NCBI RefSeq assembly: GCF_000195975.1
Contig: NC_005070.1
Span: 480,001-512,000, forward strand
DNA length: 32,000 nt
Direction: 5' to 3'
DNA from: Parasynechococcus marenigrum WH 8102
GTDB taxonomy: Bacteria; Cyanobacteriota; Cyanobacteriia; PCC-6307; Cyanobiaceae
Below are positions 16,901 through 25,558 of the stretch, in pieces. The notes beneath the pieces are model-generated. The model worked only from the letters and a program-made list of their open reading frames with translations, was not told where the DNA came from and made no database searches. How positions within the stretch are numbered: the stretch's first letter is position 1; every line of letters begins with the position of its first letter. A program made the translations under genes and the position numbers.

Positions 16901-17943
16901 ATGCCGCCCCGCTGCCGGTGCTGATGCTGGTGCCGACTGGAATCGGTTGCCAGATCGGGGGCTTTGCCGGTGATGCACTGCCCAGTGCTCGCCTGCTGGC
17001 CGCCGCCAGCGGTTGCCTGATCACCCATCCCAATGTGATGAACGGTGCGGCGTTGTACTGGCGCGACCCGCGCATCCATTACGTGGAGGGCTACAGCCTC
17101 GATCGCTTCGCCGTCGGTGAGTGGGATCTGCAACCGGTACGCCGCCAGCGGATCGGGCTGCTGCTGGATGCCGGCATTGAGGCGGAGTTGGCCCAGCGGC
17201 ACCTGCAGGTGGCGGAGGGCTGTCGCGCCACCCTCGGCCTGGAGATCGGACCTGTTGTGACCACGGACCAGCCCCTGGAGGTTCAGCTCGAACAGGGCAG
17301 CAGCGGTTCCAGCTGGGGACGCCTGGGTCGTCCCGATGCTTTGCTCAGGGCTGGTGAGCGGCTCAAGCAAGCCGGTGCTACGGCGATCGCGGTGGTGGCC
17401 CGTTTCCCGGAGGATCCAGCCAGCGAGGAGCTGGCGGAGTATCGCGCCGGCAGCGGCGTTGATGCCCTGGCGGGCGCTGAAGCGGTGATCAGCCATCTGC
17501 TGGTGCGGCACCTTCAGATCCCCTGTGCCCATGCCCCGGCCTTGGCCCCGCTGGCCTTGGATCCGCAGTTGGATCCGCGGGCGGCCGGCGAGGAGTTGGG
17601 CTACACATTTCTGGCCTGCGTGCTGGTGGGCCTCAGCCAGGCTCCGGATCTGCTGCCGGCGGGTGAAGGGGCGTTGCAGGCCGCTCAGTTGGGGGCAGTG
17701 GTGGCGCCGGAGGGGGGCCTTGGCGGCGAAGCGGTGCTGGCCTGCCTCGAGCGCGGGGTGCCGTTGATCACGGTGACCAACCCCTCGGTCCTGACGGTGT
17801 CGGCCGAGGCCCTCGGGCTTGACCATGGCGTGCAGCGAGCGCGTAGTTACGCAGAAGCCGCTGGTTTGCTGCTGGCGCTGCGGGAGGGACTATCAGCAAG
17901 TTCCTTGGAGCGGCCTCTGCCTGCCCTGGAGCGGTTGAGCTGA
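16897..17943 (+). CDS. Conserved cyanobacterial/plastid-lineage hypothetical protein (DUF3326-like, from memory)
   Basis: The 348-aa product has the N-terminal motif VPTGIGCQIGGFAGDALP. Codon bias is good and both gene junctions are translationally coupled. Confidence 0.75.
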   Translation: MNAAPLPVLMLVPTGIGCQIGGFAGDALPSARLLAAASGCLITHPNVMNGAALYWRDPRIHYVEGYSLDRFAVGEWDLQPVRRQRIGLLLDAGIEAELAQRHLQVAEGCRATLGLEIGPVVTTDQPLEVQLEQGSSGSSWGRLGRPDALLRAGERLKQAGATAIAVVARFPEDPASEELAEYRAGSGVDALAGAEAVISHLLVRHLQIPCAHAPALAPLALDPQLDPRAAGEELGYTFLACVLVGLSQAPDLLPAGEGALQAAQLGAVVAPEGGLGGEAVLACLERGVPLITVTNPSVLTVSAEALGLDHGVQRARSYAEAAGLLLALREGLSASSLERPLPALERLS

Positions 17944-18350
17944 TGCCCGGTGGCTTTGCTCAGGATTCAGGACCCTGCCCCTGTGGCGGCGGCGAGTACA
18001 GCCGTTGTTGCGGACCGTTGCACCGGCAGGAGCGGCGGGCGGAAACCGCCGAACAGTTGATGCGTTCCCGCTATTCGGCCTTCGCCAAAGGCGAGGTGGA
18101 CTACCTGCTGCAGACCCATGAGCCGACGGAATCGCGCCGGGCCCTGCGTCAGGCCTGCCGTCAGACCCGCTGGCTGGGGCTGTCGATCCTGGCGGTTGAT
18201 GGTGGTGGCGCGGCTGATCTTGAGGGAACCGTTCGCTTTGAAGCCCGTCACCGCGAGGGGGTGCTGGTGGAGACGTCGCTGTTCCAGCGCCGTGGTGGCA
18301 CGCTCGCCGGAGAGTGGTTCTACGTCCGGGCCATCGAACTGAATTCCTGA
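17943..18350 (+). CDS. ychJ: YchJ-family (UPF0225) protein with SEC-C metal-binding motif
   Basis: It has CPCGGGEYSRCCGPLH (the SEC-C Cys4 motif) followed by AEQLMRSRYSAFAKGEVDYLLQTHEP. Its start overlaps the upstream stop (TGATG). Confidence 0.85.
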   Translation: MPGGFAQDSGPCPCGGGEYSRCCGPLHRQERRAETAEQLMRSRYSAFAKGEVDYLLQTHEPTESRRALRQACRQTRWLGLSILAVDGGGAADLEGTVRFEARHREGVLVETSLFQRRGGTLAGEWFYVRAIELNS

Positions 18351-18352
18351 TA

Positions 18353-18401
18353 GGCACGAAATCGTCTGTTTATCGTGTCGTGTTGTTATCGATATCGTGC
18401 C
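18353..18401. repeat. Low-GC inverted repeat between convergent ychJ and ald (possible bidirectional terminator)
   Basis: GGCACGA (18353-18359) pairs with TCGTGCC (18395-18401) around a T-rich spacer that carries repeated ATCG(T) units. Confidence 0.4.
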
Positions 18402-18404
18402 GCT

Positions 18405-19517
18405 TCAGCGCAGGCAGGCCATCGGGTGCCGGGGCGCTACTCCCAAGGCCTTGGCGACCCCTGGATGGCACACGGATCCCTGCACCGTGTTGAGACCGGA
18501 GAGCAGTTCCGGCCGTTCGGTGACGGCTTCCTCCAGGCCTCGGCCGGCGATGCCAAGGATGTAAGGCAAGGTGACGCTGACCAGCGCTTCCGTGGAGGTG
18601 AACGGCACCGCCCCGGGCATGTTGCCCACGGCGTAGTGCTGCACACCGTGAATCGTCACCGTGGGGTCGGTGTGGGTGGTTTCGCGGCTGGTGGCGATGC
18701 AGCCCCCCTGGTCGATCGCCACATCGACGATCACCGAGCCCGGACGCATCTGCTGCACCATCGCCTCATCCACCAGGGTCGGGGCTCGGCCGCCAGGGGT
18801 CAGCACGGCGCCGATCACCAGATCCGCCGTGGGCACCAGGCGCTCTAGCAGACCACGGCTGCTCACCACGCTCATCAGCCGACCGCGACGATCCGCCTCC
18901 AGGCTGCGCAGTCGCTGGGGTGAACGGTCCAGCAGCAGCACTTCCGCATCCATGGCCGCCGCGGTTCTGGCGGCGTTCCAGCCCACCGTGCCGGCCCCCA
19001 GCACCACCACCCGGGCCGGCTGCACGCCGGTGCAGCCCCCCATCAGCACGCCGCGTCCGCCATGGGGTTTCTCCAGCAGGTGGGCCCCCACCTGGGCCGC
19101 CAGCCGCCCGGCGATTTCGCTCATCGGCGCCAGCAACGGCAGGCTGCCGTTTTCCAGCTGCACGGTTTCGTAGGCAATGGCAGCGGTGCCGGCCTCCAGC
19201 AAGGCCTCGCCCACCTGGGGATAGGCGGCCAGGTGCAGGTAGGTGAACAGCACCATGTCGTCCCGCAGGAAGCCGAACTCCTCGCTCTGCGGCTCCTTCA
19301 CCTTCACCACCAGATGGGCGCCCCAGGCGTCCTCACGGCTCACCAGCTGGGCTCCGGCTGCGGCGAAGGCCTCATCGCCGATGCCGGCTCCCGCCCCGGC
19401 CCCGGCCTCGACCCGCACCTCCAGCCCCTGGCTGATCAGTTCCCGTACGGCATCGGGGGTGAGGGCCACCCGTTGCTCATCGGCCTTGATTTCCCTGGGC
19501 ACGCCGATGCTGGCCAT
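18405..19517 (-). CDS. ald: Alanine dehydrogenase
   Basis: The start was chosen at MASIGVPREIKADEQRVALTP (CAT at 19515-19517), with an alternative ATG at 19544. The TTG at 19568 in the ORF track is unlikely. The NAD-binding motif is VVVLGAGTVGWNAA. Confidence 0.9.
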   Translation of the reverse strand: MASIGVPREIKADEQRVALTPDAVRELISQGLEVRVEAGAGAGAGIGDEAFAAAGAQLVSREDAWGAHLVVKVKEPQSEEFGFLRDDMVLFTYLHLAAYPQVGEALLEAGTAAIAYETVQLENGSLPLLAPMSEIAGRLAAQVGAHLLEKPHGGRGVLMGGCTGVQPARVVVLGAGTVGWNAARTAAAMDAEVLLLDRSPQRLRSLEADRRGRLMSVVSSRGLLERLVPTADLVIGAVLTPGGRAPTLVDEAMVQQMRPGSVIVDVAIDQGGCIATSRETTHTDPTVTIHGVQHYAVGNMPGAVPFTSTEALVSVTLPYILGIAGRGLEEAVTERPELLSGLNTVQGSVCHPGVAKALGVAPRHPMACLR

Positions 19518-19564
19518 CGGGGCCGTCAGGACGGAGGCTGCCATGGGGGCTGAAGGAGGTCCCT

Positions 19565-21271
19565 TCAATCTGGCCCGGCAGAACAGAGTCCGCCAGCGGC
19601 GATCGGTAAACGCCAGCCACTGCCGAAGGCCTGGGGGCTCACCTTCAGCAGGGGTGCCGCCTGCCGCCGTTTGAATTCCGCCCGCTGCAGCAGCCGCTGC
19701 ACCCGCTCCACCAGGGGGATGTCATGGCCGGCGGCCACAAGCGCCTGTGGCGTGGTCCGCTCCTGGATCAACCCTTTCAGCAGGGGATCCAGCTCGCTGT
19801 AGTCCGGCAGGGAGTCGCTGTCCTTCTGGTCTGGCCGCAGTTCAGCGCTGGGGGGTTTGCGGCGGATCGCTTCCCCTACCAATTCCCCCTGCTGCGGCAG
19901 CCCCAGATCCTCCCGGCAGTTCCTGGCTTCTGGGCTGTCGATCCAGTCGCAGAGGGCGAAGACGCTGGTTTTGTACAGATCGCCGATCACCGCCAGACCG
20001 CCGTTCATGTCGCCGTAGAGGGTGCAATACCCCACCGCCAGCTCGGATTTGTTGCCGGTGGTCAAGAGCAGCTGGCCCTGCTGGTTGGCCACGGCCATCA
20101 GCAACGTGCCGCGGATGCGGGACTGCAGGTTCTCAGCGGTGACCCCCTGCGGTTGCTGGCCCAGGGCCGGCGTGAGCGAGGTATCGAACCCCTGCATCAG
20201 CCCCTGAATCGGCAGCGTGTGGGTCTTGATGTTCAGGCGATTGGCCAAGGCGGTGGCATCGTTGATCGATCCTGATGAGCTCCAGGGGGAGGGCATCAGC
20301 AGGGCGGAGATGTTCTCGGGGCCGAGGGCGGCCGCGGCGATCACCGCCACCAGCGCCGAGTCGATGCCGCCGCTGAGCCCCAGGAGTGCCCGCTGAAAGC
20401 CGCATTTGCCGGCGTAGTCGCGTACCCCCAGCACCAGTGCCCGCAGCAACAGCTCCTCGCGGCAAGGCGTCTGCGATAGAGGAGCCGTCGCTTGTTGCGG
20501 ACCACTGCTGTCCCACACCTGAACGGCCTCCCGGCAGGCCGGCAGCTCCAGCAGGGTGCTGCCATCCGGGGCGACCACCAGGCTGCTGCCGTCGAACACC
20601 AGTTCGTCGTTGCCGCCCACCTGGTTGAGGTACACCACCGGGCAGTTCAAACGTCGGGCCGCCTGGCCGGCCAGTTGGCGCCGCAGGGCCGGTTTGCTGG
20701 GGTCAAAAGGCGAGGCCGCCAGATTGATCAGCAGATCGGGTTTTGCCTCCACCAGGGCGGCGATCGGGTCCGGTCCCGCCAGCCGCTCCCGTTGCAGCGC
20801 ATCCTCTACCCAGAGGTCTTCGCAGATGGTGAGCCCCAGCCGTTCTCCTTCCTCCAGGGTCAGCAGGCAGGGGCCGTCGCCGGGGCGGAAGTAGCGCCGC
20901 TCATCAAAGACGTCGTAACTGGGCAGCAGCTGTTTGCGGGCGACCCCCCGCCAACCCCCCTGGTCCACCAGGGCGATTCCGTTGTATAGGCCCGGGGCGC
21001 GATCGTCGTCGCAGGGGAGGGCCACCCCCACCAGCAGGGAGCACAGCCCATCGAGCTGCTCGACCAACCCATCGAGCACAGCGCTCTGCAGGGCCAGCCG
21101 CGCCGGTTGCAGCAGCAGGTCCCGGGGGGGATAGCCCCAGAGCGAAAGCTCCGGCGTCAGCAGCAGCGTCGCCCCTTCGGCGCTGGCGCTACGGGCGGCC
21201 GCCAGGATTCGTTCGGCGTTGCCCCGCAGGTCGCCCACCACAGGATTCAGCTGGGCCAGGGCCAGGCGCAT
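19565..21271 (-). CDS. nadE: Glutamine-dependent NAD+ synthetase
   Basis: It has an N-terminal CN-hydrolase domain (MRLALAQLNPVVGDL, ICEDLW) and a C-terminal PP-loop (LGLSGGIDSALV). The ATG at 21271 overlaps the nadD stop by 1 nt (TGATG). Confidence 0.92.
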   Translation of the reverse strand: MRLALAQLNPVVGDLRGNAERILAAARSASAEGATLLLTPELSLWGYPPRDLLLQPARLALQSAVLDGLVEQLDGLCSLLVGVALPCDDDRAPGLYNGIALVDQGGWRGVARKQLLPSYDVFDERRYFRPGDGPCLLTLEEGERLGLTICEDLWVEDALQRERLAGPDPIAALVEAKPDLLINLAASPFDPSKPALRRQLAGQAARRLNCPVVYLNQVGGNDELVFDGSSLVVAPDGSTLLELPACREAVQVWDSSGPQQATAPLSQTPCREELLLRALVLGVRDYAGKCGFQRALLGLSGGIDSALVAVIAAAALGPENISALLMPSPWSSSGSINDATALANRLNIKTHTLPIQGLMQGFDTSLTPALGQQPQGVTAENLQSRIRGTLLMAVANQQGQLLLTTGNKSELAVGYCTLYGDMNGGLAVIGDLYKTSVFALCDWIDSPEARNCREDLGLPQQGELVGEAIRRKPPSAELRPDQKDSDSLPDYSELDPLLKGLIQERTTPQALVAAGHDIPLVERVQRLLQRAEFKRRQAAPLLKVSPQAFGSGWRLPIAAGGLCSAGPD

Positions 21272-21846
21272 CAGCGAAGGCTGGGGAACAGTCCATACAG
21301 ATTGTGCTCCAACAGCAGGGTCCACACCGCTGCGGGGATCTGGCGTTGCTCGGGAGACTGACGCAGGGCTGAGCTGGCGCTGGCGGGGACCTGCAGCTCC
21401 AGCAGGTCGATGCGGGCCCCCAGTCGTTTCAGGTCTGCCAGGGCCTGGTCACGAAGCGGCCAGCCCTGGCGTGGGGCGATCGCCAGCCGGCAGCGGCTTA
21501 ACCACTGAGCTGACGACTTCCAGCCCGGGATCAACGCCGCCAGGTCACTGCCTACCACAAACACCAGTTCCGCCTCGGGCCAGCGGGCCGTTGCCTGCTC
21601 GATCGTGCGGATCGTGAAGGGATGGCTGAGGGTCTGCTCCTGCTGCAGCCGCGGGTCGTTGATCTCCTCCACCAGGGCCTGCAGCAGTTGGGCGCGCAGG
21701 GCCAGGGGGGCACCGTGATGTTTCTGGGGGTTGTCGCTGGCCCAGGTGGCCACCTGGGGGTAAAGGCTGAGCAGGCCTTTCAGCAGGGCCTGATGGCCGC
21801 AGGTGGGGGGGTCGGCGCTGGTGCCCAGCAAGGCGATCTTCTGCAT
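21271..21846 (-). CDS. nadD: Nicotinate-nucleotide adenylyltransferase
   Basis: MQKIALLGTSADPPTCGHQALL carries the (H/T)xGH motif. The start lies 5 nt after the upstream GTPase stop. The ORF-track extension to 21909 is rejected. Confidence 0.88.
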   Translation of the reverse strand: MQKIALLGTSADPPTCGHQALLKGLLSLYPQVATWASDNPQKHHGAPLALRAQLLQALVEEINDPRLQQEQTLSHPFTIRTIEQATARWPEAELVFVVGSDLAALIPGWKSSAQWLSRCRLAIAPRQGWPLRDQALADLKRLGARIDLLELQVPASASSALRQSPEQRQIPAAVWTLLLEHNLYGLFPSLR

Positions 21847-21851
21847 CTTGC

Positions 21852-23147
21852 TCAGGGCAGCAGCGGTTGCCAGTCGGGTTGAGGACGCCGCTGCCAGCGC
21901 TGCATCCAATGGCGCACCACCGGATCCCGTTGTTCCAGCCGCTGCAGCAGGGCGCCGGGTTGGCCCCCCCGCACCTGCAGCAGCTGACGGGCCACCAGCG
22001 CACCGGTGCGGCGGCTGGCGTGGACAGCCAGGGCGGCCTGGGCCAGGGCCACCGGAGCAGCCGGCGCCAGGCTGGCGCCGCCACTCACCGGCACCAGCAG
22101 CAGCAACAGTTGCTTCAGCAGCCCCAACCCCAGCTGCACACCTCCGAGCAGGGCGTTCTGGCCGGAGAGTTGTTGGAGCAACTGCCGCGTGGCCGAGGGC
22201 GTGAGCGGCAGGCCGTAGAGCTGGCAGAGCTGCAGCACGAGGCCGGTGTCGAAGGCCAGTCCACCGGCCAGATCGAGGCCCATCAGGGGGTTCACCGCCA
22301 CGGCGGTGGCCTTGGTGGCGGCATAGCGGCCGATCAGACCCTGGGCGGTGCGGCGGTGTTGCCGCAACCGCAAGTGCTGGCGTTCCTGCTGGAAGCGATC
22401 GGCCTGGCGCAGGCTCTGCAACGCCAGCAGCAGCTCCCCTTCCCGCTGAAACTGCTCGACCAGTTGATCTTTAAGGGGGCTGACCCGGGCGGGGGCAGCG
22501 CTGCTGCGCACCCTGCCGTCGGCATCGAGCCGCGGCTGGCGGGGGGCGGCCGCCACGGCGGTGAGGGGGAGATCGCTGGGCAGGCGGGAGCGGATGCTGT
22601 CCAGCAGCTCCGGCAGCTGCTCTTCAGGCCAGCGATCACTGCGGTTGAGCACCAACCGCACCGGTTTGCCGCTGGCTTGGAGGGTCTCCAGGGCATCGCG
22701 GTCGCAACGGGTCAGGTCGCTGTCGATCACCAGCAGCACCAGATCAACCCCCATGGCCACCCGGGTCGCCAGGCGAGTGCGGCCGGCGGCGTCAATTTCA
22801 TCGATGCCGGGGGTGTCGATCAACTCCACCCTTTGGAGCCCATCCAGCTTCAACGGCCAGGTCACGGCCTGCTGGCGGCGGGTGCTGCCGTGGGCCACAT
22901 CGGTCTCCAGCAGCCGCTGCCCCACCAGGGCATTGATCAGGCTCGACTTGCCAACCCCCACCCGACCGAAAACGGCCAGCCGCAGCACTTTGTGCTCCAG
23001 CCGTTGCAGCTGACGGTCCAGCAGGGTCAACTCCCCACGCAGCAAGCCTTGTTCGCGCCGGGTTAGCCGCAGGTCTTGCCGCCAGCGCTGCAGCAGCTGC
23101 CGGCAGCGTTCGGTGGTGGCAGGGGTCATGGTCACCATGGCCGTCAT
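21852..23147 (-). CDS. GTP-binding protein (50S-ribosome-binding GTPase fold) with hydrophobic C-terminal domain
   Basis: It shows G1 GRVGVGKSSLINAL, G3 DTPGIDE and G4-like LNRSD. The C-terminal AATKATAVAVNPLMGLDLAGG region may be DUF697-like. The ATG at 23147 overlaps the upstream stop (ATGA). Confidence 0.8.
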   Translation of the reverse strand: MTAMVTMTPATTERCRQLLQRWRQDLRLTRREQGLLRGELTLLDRQLQRLEHKVLRLAVFGRVGVGKSSLINALVGQRLLETDVAHGSTRRQQAVTWPLKLDGLQRVELIDTPGIDEIDAAGRTRLATRVAMGVDLVLLVIDSDLTRCDRDALETLQASGKPVRLVLNRSDRWPEEQLPELLDSIRSRLPSDLPLTAVAAAPRQPRLDADGRVRSSAAPARVSPLKDQLVEQFQREGELLLALQSLRQADRFQQERQHLRLRQHRRTAQGLIGRYAATKATAVAVNPLMGLDLAGGLAFDTGLVLQLCQLYGLPLTPSATRQLLQQLSGQNALLGGVQLGLGLLKQLLLLLVPVSGGASLAPAAPVALAQAALAVHASRRTGALVARQLLQVRGGQPGALLQRLEQRDPVVRHWMQRWQRRPQPDWQPLLP

Positions 23148-24142
23148 GCTGCCGGCTTGCGCCACCAGCCCGCCAGCACGGCCAGCACGGCTTCCGCGCC
23201 GATCACCCCCACAAAGCCACCGAATTCATCCACCACCACCCGCACGCCGCTGCTGTCGCGGCGGAAGCCCGTGAGCAGCCGATCGGCATGGATCATTTCC
23301 GGCACGTATTCCACCGGCTCACAGAGATCCACGGGGGTCAGCAGGCCGCGGTTCTCCAGCAATGCCGTCAGCAACCGTTCGCGGTTGGCCACCCCCAGCA
23401 CCTTGTCCACCTGGTCTCCCAAGACCACCCACCAGGGGGCGTTGTTACCGAGCAGCAGAGCTCGCTGGGCCTCGAGGCTGAGGCTGCCATCCAGGGTTGG
23501 GGCCGACACCCGCGGTGTCATCAGGTCCCGGGCGGTGAGGTCGTTGAGTTGGAACACCTTGCCGATCATCGCGGCCTCGTCGGCTTCGATTTCCCCCTTC
23601 TGGGACCCCAGCCGGGCCAGTAGGCGGATCTCCTCTTCGTTGGTGGTGATTTCGGATTCAGCGGTGATCGCCGGCAGCAGCCGTTCCAGCAGCAGCACCA
23701 GCGGACTGAGCAGCAGACCGAGCCAGTGCAGCAGCGGTGCGGCGGCCAGGGAGACGGGCAGGGCCAGGCGGCTGCCGAGGGCCTTGGGCAGGATCTCCCC
23801 CAGCAGCATCACCAGCACGGTGAGCCCGATGGAAAACAGCGGCAGGGCGGCGCCACCGATGCCCCGCTGCTCGAACACCCAGGCGGCGTAACCCCCCAGC
23901 ATCAGGCTGCCGAAGATGTTGAACCCGTTGTTGGCGATCACCAGCACTGACAGGGTGCGGCCCAGCCGTTGGCGCAGCTTCGCCAGCCGGCGGGAGCCGG
24001 CTACTGGGCGGCTGCGGGCCGCCAGTTCATGCACCCGGATCGGGTTCACTGTGAGCAAGGCTGCTTCCACCCCAGAGCACAGGGCCGATCCCAGCAGCAC
24101 CACCAGCACCAACAGCAGCAGCACCAGCAGGTCGGAACGCAT
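23144..24142 (-). CDS. CNNM/DUF21 transmembrane domain + CBS-pair protein (HlyC/CorC-family, no CorC_HlyC C-terminal domain)
   Basis: The 332-aa product has four predicted N-terminal TM helices (MRSDLLVLLLLVLVVLLGSALCSGVEAALL...) and a CBS pair (LTARDLMTPR...VVVDEFGGFVGVI). Confidence 0.85.
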   Translation of the reverse strand: MRSDLLVLLLLVLVVLLGSALCSGVEAALLTVNPIRVHELAARSRPVAGSRRLAKLRQRLGRTLSVLVIANNGFNIFGSLMLGGYAAWVFEQRGIGGAALPLFSIGLTVLVMLLGEILPKALGSRLALPVSLAAAPLLHWLGLLLSPLVLLLERLLPAITAESEITTNEEEIRLLARLGSQKGEIEADEAAMIGKVFQLNDLTARDLMTPRVSAPTLDGSLSLEAQRALLLGNNAPWWVVLGDQVDKVLGVANRERLLTALLENRGLLTPVDLCEPVEYVPEMIHADRLLTGFRRDSSGVRVVVDEFGGFVGVIGAEAVLAVLAGWWRKPAA

Positions 24143-24229
24143 CAGAGTCCGGCGTGACCGCCATCGTATCGACGCTTCCCGGTTGCACCAGCCGAGCTGC
24201 CATCCTGATCAGATGAGGCCCAACCTGGC

Positions 24230-25558
24230 GTGCACGACTTCGACTCCAGCATCCACGCCAGCCGGCGTCAGCGCTTCCTCGACCAGCTCGGTGCGGCTGC
24301 GGCGGTGATTCCGGCGGCCCCGCTGGCCACCCATCACGCCGATTGCGAGTGGCCCTTCCGGCAGGACAGCGACTTCTTCTATCTCACCGGTTTCGATGAA
24401 CCGGATGCAGTGGCCCTGTTGCTGCCCCATCGGCCCGAGGGGGAACGGTTTGTGTTGTTCGTGCAGCCCAAGGACCCGGCGGCGGAGGTGTGGACCGGCT
24501 TCCGCTGGGGCACCGAAGGGGCCGTGGAGCGCTACGGCGCAGACATCGCCCTGCCCCTAGATCAGCTCAGTGCCCGATTGCCGGAGTTCCTCGATGGGGC
24601 CGAGGCGATCGCCTTCCGCGTCGGCCGCCATCCCGCGGTGGAACCGCTGGTTCTGTCGGCCTGGGGGCGGCAGCTGGACAGTTATGCCCGCTGCGGTGCA
24701 GCGGCCCTGGGGCTGGTGGCGCCGACGCCGATCCTGCATCGGCTGCGCCTGCGCAAGGAGCCCCATGAACTCGACCGGATGCGGCTGGCTTGCCGGATTT
24801 CTGCGGAGGCCCATGAGCTGGCGCGGGGTATGACCCGTCCAGGGATGAATGAATCGGAGGTGCAGGCAGCGATCGAGGCCCACTTCCGGGCCGCCGGAGC
24901 CCGCGGACCGGCCTACGGCTCGATCGTGGCTGGAGGCGACAACGCCTGCGTGCTGCACTACACCGCCAACACCGCTGGGCTGCAGGACGGTGACCTGCTA
25001 CTGATCGATGCCGGCTGCTCGATCGCCGATTACTACAACGGCGACATCACCCGCACCTTCCCGATCAACGGTCGCTTCAGCGCCGAGCAGCGCGATCTCT
25101 ACAGCCTGGTGCTGGCGGCGCAGGAGGCGGCCATTGCCGTCGTGGGCCCCGGCGGTACGGCAGAACAGGTCCATGCCACCGCTCTGCGGGTGCTAGTGGA
25201 GGGCCTGGTGGATCTGGGTCTCTTGGTCGGGGAACCCGACGGCATCATTGAACAGGGTGATTACCGCCACCTCTACATGCACCGCACTGGCCATTGGTTA
25301 GGGCTTGATGTGCACGATGTGGGGGCCTATCGCCTGGGTGAGCAGCCCGCCAGCCTGGAGCCAGGCATGGTGCTGACCGTGGAACCGGGCCTTTACATCA
25401 GTGATCGCCTGGCCGTTCCTGAGGGCCAGCCGCAGATCGATGACCGCTGGAAGGGGATCGGCATTCGCATTGAGGACGACGTGGCCGTCACAAACGGCGG
25501 CCATGAAGTGCTCACGGCCGCGGCGCAGAAAAGCCTGGCGGCGATGGAACGCTCTTAA
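24230..25558 (+). CDS. pepP: Xaa-Pro aminopeptidase (aminopeptidase P, M24B)
   Basis: The N-terminal AMP_N region contains FRQDSDFFYLTGF. The pita-bread metal ligand contexts are LLLIDAG, DITRTFP, HRTGHWLGLDVHD, VLTVEPG and GIRIEDD. The start is GTG. Confidence 0.9.
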   Translation: MHDFDSSIHASRRQRFLDQLGAAAAVIPAAPLATHHADCEWPFRQDSDFFYLTGFDEPDAVALLLPHRPEGERFVLFVQPKDPAAEVWTGFRWGTEGAVERYGADIALPLDQLSARLPEFLDGAEAIAFRVGRHPAVEPLVLSAWGRQLDSYARCGAAALGLVAPTPILHRLRLRKEPHELDRMRLACRISAEAHELARGMTRPGMNESEVQAAIEAHFRAAGARGPAYGSIVAGGDNACVLHYTANTAGLQDGDLLLIDAGCSIADYYNGDITRTFPINGRFSAEQRDLYSLVLAAQEAAIAVVGPGGTAEQVHATALRVLVEGLVDLGLLVGEPDGIIEQGDYRHLYMHRTGHWLGLDVHDVGAYRLGEQPASLEPGMVLTVEPGLYISDRLAVPEGQPQIDDRWKGIGIRIEDDVAVTNGGHEVLTAAAQKSLAAMERS

